64,000 bases of DNA, from assembly GCA_001662655.1 (NCBI GenBank), contig KV460216.1. One strand, written 5' to 3'. Position 1 is the first letter of the stretch. Each line of letters opens with the position of its first letter. Positions 52,736 through 62,884 of the stretch are shown piece by piece. Under the pieces are notes generated by a model. It was not told the origin of the DNA. It searched no databases and worked only from the letters and a program-made list of their open reading frames with translations. This DNA is from Pseudogymnoascus verrucosus. Its lineage: Eukaryota. The position numbers and the translations under genes were made by a program.

Positions 52736-52956
52736 ATGCTCTATGCTATAATGTCTCCTCCGTATCAAGTTCAGCTTTTTCTGCATAGTTATGTTATACG
52801 AAGTTAATATTATGTAGACAACTTTATATATACCGCCAACTTTAGATCTGCTGCATAGATGGTTCAAAAAAAAAATCTGAAATTCTTGCTTTACCTAAGT
52901 CTACATATTTTGTGTCACATATAGACTGATACAGCTAGCTTTGCGAGTGAAGAAAT

Positions 52957-54309
52957 CTAGATTACAGCCCCTGCCATTGCAATATCTAAAAGATGCTGAA
53001 TACGGCCTTTCACAGATTCATTAAAAGCCTCGCACTTTAAATCATTCTCGATTTCTTGGCGTAAAGATATGAGCTCGAGAGTCTTTGGGGTGTCCTTTGC
53101 GGTCTGTGTAGTGTCTCCTACAGTCTGTGGGCTGTCTTCGAAGATTGATGCGCTAGAGTCAATAGAAGCTTCGGAAGAATCCTGATCTTGGGATTGGGCT
53201 TGAGTATGTACATCAATTGCTCTCTGTCGTGCGCGATCATACAAAAGCGAAAACTGTGCCTTCTCATAATCTCTAGAGCGGCAATATTCTCTGCTGTATT
53301 CTTCTCTGAGTGAGATTTGCAATTGTTCAAAAGAACTAGCTGTATGAAATCGGAGCCTTTGCACAACCATTGAATGAGGTCCACATAGATGAATTCGATT
53401 TTGTTTACAAAACACTCTCAATTCGCGTGTATTGTAACAAGTCAGAGCATCGCTGATCAAAAATCGGGGTCTGCCATTTGCAATTGCCCTTGTTTGAGGT
53501 TCGAATATATTCATGAACCATTTCATGGTAATCTTTCTATCCAGATAGCCATTCCTGGATTGATTGTGGTGACAGTTAAGAACATGGCTGAGTGTTTGAT
53601 TTCTCTCGGCGTCAGTTGGCGAAATGATCAAGGGATTTATAAATCGACCGTCCATACTACTGCATTCAATGGTGGTAACAACCTTTCCTTCTTTATTGGC
53701 GTCCAAATAAGCGCGTATCGTATCCTCGCTGACAATTTCCGGAATTATTGCAGGAAATTTTAGTATGCCCCCTGTAGTAATAACGTGGTATGTGTTCTTA
53801 TTTAACGCCTTTAACGTGTCGAGTTTCGGTGATATGATGTTGATCCATGCATCTATATTATCGTAGATGTGCTGATCGCATTTTTTTGTGTTCTTTGCGA
53901 TTTTCAATGCGTTTTTTAGCGTAGGATGCCGTTTGTAGAATGCCGCCGACCAATTCTTTCCAGGCATGCGAACATCATCACCCTCTGGCTGATATTGGTG
54001 AACGGGTTCAATTGAATTGCGTTGGCGCTTAACATGATGAGCTATTTTTCGTATAAAGTTTCTTGGGGGACGATGCCCCCTCTGAGCCATAGACAACAAG
54101 CAAGTAGCAATTACTTTTTCTTCCTCATATGTCAAGTATTGTCTATCGTAGGCAGCTTCTCGTGTTGATTGGCGTCCAAGGTTCCGATGGCCTAAAGAAG
54201 TGAAATGAATCCCGCTCTTCAGGGAGAGATCCCTATATGTTATCCCGCGTGAATACCCATACTGGCTAAGCCAAGCCGCCGCCTTGTCAATTTCTAGGGG
54301 TTCAGCCAT
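52957..54309 (-). mobile_element. Fot1/pogo (Tc5 HTH + DDE_1) transposase-derived ORF, catalytically degenerate
   Basis: RQYLTYEEEK..GHRPP..PGKNWSAAFYKRHP (CENP-B-type HTH); VTTIEC.S.DG...PLII, NGY....WF..IFEPQT, RPRFLISD; no TIRs found. Confidence 0.8.
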
Positions 54310-54962
54310 AAGATCGATGCGAAAACGAGTATATGCCGAGCGTTAGGATTCGGAATCAGTACATGGTATTAAAAGATTTATGAGGACCTGGGATAAGATC
54401 ATTTAATTTTAAATCGCTTCAGAGCGTGATGATTCTGGTTTATATGTTGGGGACCCTGGCCCGTACAAGGCAGCTAGATGCACTGCCACCTGTCGTCCCT
54501 GTCAGTAGGTACAGTAAGGTGACGACGACATAGAAAGGCTGAGACACTATTCTGACTCAAAAATTTACTTCGCCCCTCCCATCCCTGAGGCAGCAAGGAT
54601 CTAGAATACACGTCACAACCTTTTAGCACGATTGATGGGAAGAAAAAACACGTACAATAGCAGATATCCGCTTAGTAGTCAGGCCAAGGAGAGTTGGGCA
54701 TCCAGTTCGCCTTGTTCAGTAATTGGGTAAGGTTATTCCATGGCTTAATGCCTCACCAAAACCATTCCCCGTTACCAGCGTAGCCTTCGCATCTCCACTC
54801 AAGCATTGCTGCTCTTTGCTACACTACTACTGGAAACCCCGTGGGGCAGCCGTTAGCGGACTGTGAGGAAGTGGGTGCTAGAAGACGCGAAATAGTTTGT
54901 TAATTTGGTTGATTCTGAAATCTGCCTCACCGCCTTGGTGAAACCTGTATTCTGTGCGCAGC

Positions 54963-55381
54963 TAGGCTGCGCCACGGGGGACCGACCCCAGACCGGACCA
55001 TGGTCTGGTCTGGTCCTAAATTTTTAGACCGGACCGTGGTCCGGCCTGAAGCCTCTAACCCACGGTCCCCCCACGGTCTGCCAAGAAACCGTTCAAAATA
55101 TAGCAGATGTACTGCTATACCTATTTTATAGGTAAAGGTACTTTATCATGTGATAAAGAGTTATAGTAGTATATTATGATTCGTCACGTGACAAAGCACC
55201 TTTACATATAAAATAGGTGTAGTAGTACATTTACAATATATTAAACGGTTTCTTGGCAGACCGTTGGGGGACCACACCGGTCTGGGCGGTTCGCCCTCAT
55301 TTTCCAACCCAGACCGCGGTCCGGGTTGGAAAATGTTCAGACCGCCGGTTTAGAACCACCGGTCCCCCATGACGCAGCCTA
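54963..55381. mobile_element. MITE / foldback element (419 bp), hAT-like TAG ends
   Basis: 22-bp TIRs TAGGCTGCGCCACGGGGGACCG (20/22 match), 7-bp flanking direct repeat GCGCAGC, internal 90-bp inverted arms 55064-55153 and 55184-55273. Confidence 0.9.
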
Positions 55382-55842
55382 GCGCAGCCTTGTCGCCGCC
55401 TGGCTTTTCTCCTCGATGCCCAAAATGAACAGATAACACATCACTAGTTGCCCGGGTTGCAGTGGATCCACTGCGCTGTACTGCAACCTGGCAACTAGTG
55501 ATGTCTGGTGATATACTATAGAAAAGAACGATACCGCCTCGAGAGTTCATTAGCACATGGTGTGAATTCAGGTGAGTTTCCTACAGCCGATAGTCGGTTA
55601 CAACATATGGGGCTAGATTATCAACATCATAAATTAGGGAAGCCAAACCGCTTGGCACTTTTCAGGTTTCAGTTAATGCATGTTTCCGTATTAGCTAACC
55701 ATTTACTTGCTTTAAGCGCTTGTTGAGCCCTGCTCATGTCCGACGGGCACGAGAGACTAGGCATCAACCGGAAAAACTCACAAAAAACTCACAAAAAGCG
55801 GCACTGGTACTTGTAACTTGTTATGGCTACCCCCCTCAATAA

Positions 55843-55864
55843 TCTTTGATGGTCTAATGGTCAT
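55843..55864 (+). other. 5' fragment (nt 1-22) of tRNA-Asp, att-like remnant
   Basis: TCTTTGATGGTCTAATGGTCAT matches 62803-62824 at 21/22; the upstream flank is also homologous. Confidence 0.85.
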
Positions 55865-56015
55865 ATAGACCATCCATAATTTGGGTGCATCCTGTTGCGT
55901 GTTTCTCGAATGCTGCTTTTGGTTTTCGCCATTTCGGTTCCTGGAATCGGAGAATGGTTTTCCCGCTTACTAGGAAGGTGCACAGCTTCTGGTAAACCAG
56001 AAACAATTTTCTAGT

Positions 56016-56060
56016 TCTTAGATTTATACGTCTTAGATTTATACGTCTTAGATTTATACG
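56016..56060 (+). repeat. 15-bp perfect tandem repeat x3
   Basis: TCTTAGATTTATACG repeated three times. Confidence 0.95.
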
Positions 56061-56454
56061 CTTTATACATTAGCTGTTTCCTAGATTCACGAAACGGTTT
56101 TCTCAATCTAGAACGTAAGGCCGCTTTCTCCATTTTTAGATGCAGCCTTGGTTATGCTAGTATAGAGTGAGAGAGTGGCCTTTCTTTATATACACTAGGG
56201 TCATCGCCTGCCCCCTTTTATCGCTGAGTAATATGAGCCCTCTTCTAAACTCTCTTGTCTTCTTTTATATTTCTGCTCCTGTTGCTTTCACTCCTCATTC
56301 AGGAATCTCTACCCCTTCAGTTCTCGCTACATCTAACTACCTGCAATGATACCTGGCGATAATGACTGGCTTCGTTCTCAATTTGCTGGGTTGGGGGCAT
56401 CGCCAGTGCCAAAACAGTAGCCTGTATGAGCAAAAAAAGAGATTACAGGTGGGA

Positions 56455-56607
56455 AATCGACCAACCATCCCCCGCTTCCAGGAAGCCGCTGTCGTGATCA
56501 AAAACACGGGATGCGGCTGTTAGAGCGGCCCGAGGCAGACATCACAATCGACCAACTGTCTCCCGTTTCCATAAAGCTGTCGTCACGTGACAGGGTGCGT
56601 CTCTAGA
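56455..56607 (+). repeat. ~91-bp repeat unit, two tandem copies (a further copy lies at 62482-62586)
   Basis: AATCGACCAACCATCCCCCGCTTCCAGGAAGCCGCTGTCGTG at 56455 and a variant at 56546. Confidence 0.85.
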
Positions 56608-56819
56608 CTCAGGAATAAAAGTTAGTCAACGTTACAGAATTTGTATCATGACCTAGTAATTTAATCACATAAACTAGCCAGTAATGAGCGCTAAATCACA
56701 AGGACTTATAAAATAGCTTAACCTAAAAAGACCATTAGAATATCCTGCTATTACTCATTAGGTGCTCTGATCTAGGACTAGGCTGGAGCCAAAGAGTATT
56801 CTTCTCATTCCGTGCGATC

Positions 56820-59800
56820 TTAACCTGTAGAAGATAGTGCGTGCCCTTCGAGAGTCTCGGCGATCAAATTGTGCCCTTTCATTAAAGCTTTTGCGAGAGG
56901 CATAACGCCATCGTTGTCTGGTATATGAAGGTCCGCATTTTTGCATAGTAGCCACGCCACAGCTTCGTTATGTCCATTCGCTGATGCCCACCAAAGAGGC
57001 GTACGACCGGTCAGATCTTGAGAGTTCACATTTACTACCCCTAGCTTAAAGAGGGTGGCCAGGACAGGGACATGGCCTTCTCTTGCAGCTAGCGCGAATG
57101 GAGTTTGGCCAGAACAATCTGCAAAATCTAGCTCCTTATGGCTCTGCGCCAACAGAAGAGAAACAATCGCAACATCCCCGTTATACGCTGCTGTATGTAA
57201 GGCGTATTTAAACCAGCCACAAGGGACATCTGTCCTCATCCCGTTGCTAAGTGCCAACTTAACTATATACTCATTGTGTGCTTCCACTCCCTCGTGGAAT
57301 GCCTTGATCTGAGCTCCACGCTCGAGTAGAACCTGCGCCTTTGCGTTAATATTCAGCGACAGTATATGTTGGATGGCCGTGAAGAATTGATTAAGAAGGT
57401 TGATATCGGCTCTCGCCTCGAGCAGCTGCGTGACAACGGCAGCGTGCCCTCTATACGCCGCCGCCTGCAGAGCATTGTCGTATTGTCCTCCCTGTGCGTT
57501 GACATTAGCTCCTGCCTTAAGCAGCTGCGTGACGACAGCCGCATGCCCTCCATACGCCGCCGCCTGCAGAGCGTTGCCGTAGTGTCCGCCCTCTACGATA
57601 ACGTCAGCTCCCGCCTCAAGCAGCTGCAGGACGACGGCAGCATGCCCTCTATACGCCGCTGCCTGTAGAGCGTTGCCATGTTCTCCGCCCTGCGCGTTAA
57701 CGTCAGCTCCTGCCTCAAGCAGCTGTGTAACAACGGCTAGGTGACCACTATACGCTGTCGCCTGTAGAGCGTTGCCGTAGTGTCCGCCCTGCGCGTTGAC
57801 GTCAGCTCCTGCCTTAAGCAGCTGCGTGACAACGGCAGCATACCCTCCATACGCCGCTGCCTGCAGAGCGTTGCCATGTTCTCCGCCCTGCGCGTTAACG
57901 TCAGCTCCTGCCTCAAGCAGCTGCGTAACCACGGCTAGGTGACCACTAATCGCTGTCGCCTGTAGAGCGTTGCCGTGGTGTCCGCCCTGCGCGTTGACGT
58001 CAGCTCCTGCCTCGAGTAGCTGGGTGACAACGGCAGCGTGCCCTCCATGCAACACCGCCGTCGCCTGTAGAGCGTTGCAGTACTGCCCGCCCTGCGCATT
58101 AACGTCAGCTCCTGCCTCAAGCAGCTGCGTAACCACGGCTAGGTGACCACTATACGCTGTCGCCTGTAGAGCGTTGCCGTAGTGTCCGCCCTGCGCGTTA
58201 ACGTCAGCTCCTGCCTCAAGCAGCTGCGTAACCACGGCTAGGTGACCACTATACGCTGTCGCCTGTAGAGCGTTGCCGTGGTGTCCGCCCTGCGCGTTGA
58301 CGTCAGCTCCTGCCTTAAGCAGCATATTAACCAATATCCTATTTCCTTTTGTAGCAGCAGCTTGAAGGGCATTCCCCGATGCTCCTGTGCTCTCATTAAC
58401 ATCGGCACCGCGATGTAATAAAAGTCGTAACATCTCTTCATGCCCATTTCCAGCTGCGCACTCTAGCGCTGTACTGTCGTTCCTACTCTTTGCCCCTATA
58501 TCAGCGCCAGCATCAATCAAAATTTCAGCCAAGACTTTGTGGCCCCAGCGTGAAGCATAGTGCAATGCTCGATTACCAGCATCATCTTCTTCATTTATAT
58601 TTACATTATCACGTTGGAGAATTTGGACGACGCTTCGAAGATTTGAGCTAGATGCAATGTGTAATAGGGTGGAGCCAAGCTCGGGGCATTTTGCGTTTCC
58701 TTGGAAATCTATTTTCCCATAGATTTTTACCCAGGTCTGAAAAGCTGGTCCTGGAGGGGATCCGAGTTGCTGCACCAAGTCCTGTTGTGAAGTTCCAAAA
58801 CTTTCGGCCTTTTCCGCATGCAAGAACCAAAACTTTGTGGCATACCTCAGAAATGGAAGATTCTCTAAACGTGACGATACATCCGTGTAGCCGAAGTCTT
58901 TATGGTCGGCCAATTCTGAGCCACCAACAAGGACTTCCTCCAACCTCAAATAGTTAATACATGACTTAGACAGCCGACCCTGACTTTGGCCGATAATATC
59001 ATCCATCGATGAGGAGAGATCCTTTAGACCGCCAGATAGGAGGAAATCGTTGACTGATTGATGGATAAATTGTACGGTGGTTTTGAACATATGATGCTTA
59101 ACCTCAACAAGGCCACCAGACAGGCTTCTGATCAGTCTCTCCATACGCGCATCAGTGTCCACAAAGTCCTTTGCTTCTTTACAAGATTCTCGTGCTGGAT
59201 GAATATACAGGTCATCTGAGGCTATCGCAAACCGTAGCTCTGTCACTGAGAGTGGTACCTCAGCTAGGCAAATCCACTGCATCAGATGAAATGTTCTTGT
59301 GCGATTCCGATGATCGATGACCTCCCTAAAGATGTGTTCGTAAACGTCGCCCAGGTCTGTTGGTACCTTGCTTAACTCTTTGTAGATATACTGTAATGAC
59401 TCTCCTTGTTGATTGAGATCAACGACTAGTGGAACAACAAGACGTGCCCACTGGAATACTCCTGAAGCTCGCGTCACAATAGTTCCTTCAAGTTCTTGGA
59501 ATTCGTCAATTGAAAGGCCCACCATGTTCATTTCTTGAATTCCAGAGTTGAGCCTGTGCTTGACGTACTTTGTAATGTCATTGTGGTTTTCGTCTTCAAC
59601 ACAGATTTCCAAACTGTTGTTGGCCGCTACTATCGGATAATGACGACATGAGATGCAGATTCTTGAAGCGCCTTTCATAGCTGCAAGTTTATCGTTTAAG
59701 TCGTGGAAGTACATAGCAAGATCTCGCGCAACAATGCTGCCAGCCTCATCTAGTGCGTCCACGAAGATAGTTATCTTCCATAACTTAGCGGAGTCAATAA

Positions 59801-61847
59801 GAGCGTTCGAGAAAAGGTCCTTCAATTCTTTGCACTGCCATTCCCAACTAGTTCCAGCCTTGCCAAAGCTCTTTTTCTCTTTAAAGGCAGTCTGTATTGG
59901 CAATCTCACCAATGGAATCTTTGTGTATATTTGATATAAAAGGGATCGAAACATGCCGATTGGAGTTTTTTGTAATGCAGCACCCCGCCCATGGAAGAAG
60001 AACTCAAGACCTATGCGTTGGTTTAAGAGAAAATTGTCCTGGGATGCCTGGAATTCCTGATAGAGGAACGCCATCAAGGTAGACTTCCCTGCGCCAGGCT
60101 TTCCTTTTATCCAAAGAAGTTCACGTTCCTTGCTTATCCACTTTGTATAGGACCTATGTTGCAATATCCACTCACACGTATGTAAATGAGCTTGGTCTGC
60201 CTCCTGCCGTCGGTAGGTAATCTCAGGAAAAGCGAACGACTTAAGGCAATCTTTCTAGGGTTAGAATTGCAGCTCCTGTGATATAACGGAGGGTCGAAGC
60301 ATACCATTATCTTCGGAAGTCATTTCCTCCTTCTCTAGGTTGATAAATTATTCAGTAAATTCCTGTAGCATAGATCCAATTTCACGGGCGATCAAGGAGA
60401 CATAATTAGTTATCGTTACCTTTGGTGGAAAATGTCACACGAGGAATTACCAAGACAGCAACAGACATCATTCGCTTCAGCACAGCGAGAACCCTTTCAT
60501 AGTCCTCATCGTTACTAGAGAACTTGACCAACTGTGAATGACTTCTTTTCAGTGCCAAACAGTGATGCGCTTCATTCTCCCATGGGCGGCCGTGCCTTGC
60601 GGATGAGCTATCGACCAAGATGCTAAGCGGCCCCGTCATCTTCCACTTCTCTCCATCCTAGAAGAAACCGTTAGAAGAAACCAACACTTAGAACATCGTG
60701 CTTACCTTAGCTGCAGTTGGCGACATTTCAGTTTCAAAGAAGCAGATTATTTCTGAGTCTTGATGGCCGAAGGCTTTGGGGAAATCTCTGCACTGGTTGC
60801 GCAGAATCTGTGATTCTTTTCCGAGCGAATGTAACAGACCTTGGTTAGGTTGATCTTTGACTAATGGAATAAGAGAAGTAATCTCCATTCCCTGACTTGG
60901 TACACCGAAAAAAAGCGCACCATATATAGAATCAAGCAAAGCATGGTGATTCTTGTCGCGCTTCATTTGTATTATAGCTTCTTTGACTATGAGGCCCCCA
61001 AGACTGTGGGCAACAAATATCAATGGTACTGTCTTAGGCTTGGTATGTTTAGAGTCTTGTGTAGTTAGGGTCTGAAGATCTGATCGTAACAGGCTCCCCA
61101 GTGCTTCAAGGTCTTGAAAAGTGTGACTATCATGCAGTTGGGTGTCATAGCCGTAGATCATGACTCGGGCGCCGGTAAGATCGGAGGGAAGTGAATCGCG
61201 CAACCACATATGTGGTCCTGCTCGCTCTTTGAAGGACCCAAAAGCGTGCCCGCCAAGCCCCGAGATCGCAACGCAGCTAACTCTGTCAGCCATGTAATTC
61301 CCGCCAAGTACGCAAAGATACCTACTCGATCTTGTGCTCTGCGACATTCTTGAAGGATCGAAATATTGTGATGCCTCTGAAGTGGCTATCGATTGTAATC
61401 GTAGGTGCCTTGGGAATGATATCGTCATCGTCGTCGCTCTCAGCATCGCTGTTGTCAACATCAGGGATCTCAAAAGACCACTCCTTTCGGTCTGATGACA
61501 GACAGGGAGGTGGGTTTTGGAAATTGACGGTGGCCATCTTAGTCTTCTGGTTAGGACTGATGGCTATCGACTTGACTTGAACCGTGCCCCGAGCTGCATC
61601 AAGTCCTAAGACTGATCGAAGCAATTCCTGGACCTGTCGCAGCTTATATTCCAGTGGTATTCCTCGCACCCGATATGTAACCTGCGATATTTTTGCATTA
61701 GCCGGCGGGTAAGCTATGGATGTCTTGATGTACTCATAGATTAGACTCAACATGAGTTTCTTGATTTGGTGTTAGACTTACAGACTCCAAGTCATTCAGC
61801 TTCCGTTTTTTTGATCCATTGCTATACTGAGTCGCATAGCTAGTCAT
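56820..61847 (-). CDS. NLR: SesB-like alpha/beta hydrolase + NACHT + ankyrin repeats
   Basis: VAISGLGGHAFGSFK, MWLRDSLP, FVAHSLGG (SesB/PGAP1-like); TCEWIL..LLWIKGKPGAGKST, IFVDALDE, ICISCRHYP; nine near-identical 33-aa ankyrin repeats; start MTSYATQYSNG inferred from splice phase. Confidence 0.9.
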
Positions 61848-62481
61848 ATTGTCAAATTATGAGAAGATCATAGAGTTAGGTTTGAATCTGCCTTTCGAAC
61901 TGTCTTCGAAGTTTCAAAACTAAATCGAGAGTAGTTCTTGTAAGATACTTTTTGGTACGCTGAAGGCTGTGGCTATATTCTCCACGACGTGTCAAAGGGT
62001 TGGTGCTTCAGCCGCATCCCAATATCTATTTATAGATACCACTAACAACTGACTTAACCGGATCTACCCTTACTATCAAGTGACTTCCTTGAGCGCTTAA
62101 TTTGGAGGTACCTACCCATGTGGCGACGTTGTATGGCAAAACTCCGTAGTCACCATAAGGCTGAAAATGATTTGTTAGCATCGTGGTGAGGCTCGGAAAC
62201 CTAGACCAAAGTGTTCTATGAGTTAAAAGACGCAAAGAGCTCGTGGTGATGCTACAGGTCGAGGGGTTCTATTATACTTCGAATTGACGCAACGCCCTCC
62301 GCAATTAGGTGCGACGGCATACTTGTAAATTTCAATGTAGCTGGGGCTTGAACTATTCAAGAGTAGTCACATAACATGACTGACACAAAAATGCTGGAAT
62401 TTTCAATGGATTCACAAATTTAGAATCAATTGAATTCAAAGTACTAATGGCTCGTCTTGAATCGTTAATTTGGCACAGCAA

Positions 62482-62586
62482 GTAATCGAAGATACAGGAT
62501 GCGGCCATTCGATTCGAGAGGCCTGAGGCAGATTTGGTAAATCGACCAACCATCCCCCGTTTTCATGAAGCTGTCGTCGTGTTCAG
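62482..62586 (+). repeat. Direct-repeat copy of the 56455 unit
   Basis: ..ACAGGATGCGGC..GGCCTGAGGCAGA..AATCGACCAACCATCCCCCGTTTTCATGAAGCTGTCGTCGTG. Confidence 0.85.
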
Positions 62587-62802
62587 TGGCTTGTAGACCC
62601 CACGCCACAAAGGACGGGAAGCAAGAAGCCGTATTGTGCATAATTCTAAAAACAGTCTTTTATGCTAACGAGAAACTGAAGTCGGGAATTAGAGAATGAC
62701 AAAACCCGATTCCAGGCATCAACTTTTTGGTTGCTAGCTCCGGAAAAACTGACGAAAAGCAGCGCCAGTTCTTCTTTTCCGTTACCCCGTTTCCGACAAC
62801 AA

Positions 62803-62884
62803 TCTTTGATGGTCTAACGGTCATGATTTCCGCTTGTCATGTGACAAAGCGCGGGAGACCGGGGTTCGACTCCCCGTCAGAGAG
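62803..62884 (+). tRNA. tRNA-Asp(GTC) with ~10-nt intron
   Basis: TCTTTGA/TCAGAGA acceptor stem, TGGTCTAACGG A-box, TCCGC-TT-GTC-A anticodon arm with TGTGACAAAG intron, CGGGGTTCGACTCCCCG T-arm. Confidence 0.92.

Noticed and set aside
56455..56607. Repeat units as a CRISPR-like array
   Set aside because: Eukaryotic context, too few degenerate copies, no unique spacers, no cas genes
57055..58447. Overlapping alternative-frame ORFs in the ankyrin region
   Set aside because: Shadows of the 99-bp coding repeat
60250..60340. Apparent frameshift between the SesB and NACHT exons
   Set aside because: Resolved by a ~30-nt exon and use of the AAG acceptor 4 nt past the TAG, which keeps the frame (D-C-L-K); needs cDNA confirmation
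61801..61820. Apparent homopolymer frameshift after an ATG at 61819
   Set aside because: The upstream ATG at 61847 gives an open frame with the correct splice phase
40963..62884. A complete Starship element
   Set aside because: No DUF3435 tyrosine-recombinase captain or other Starship accessory genes are recognisable in the window
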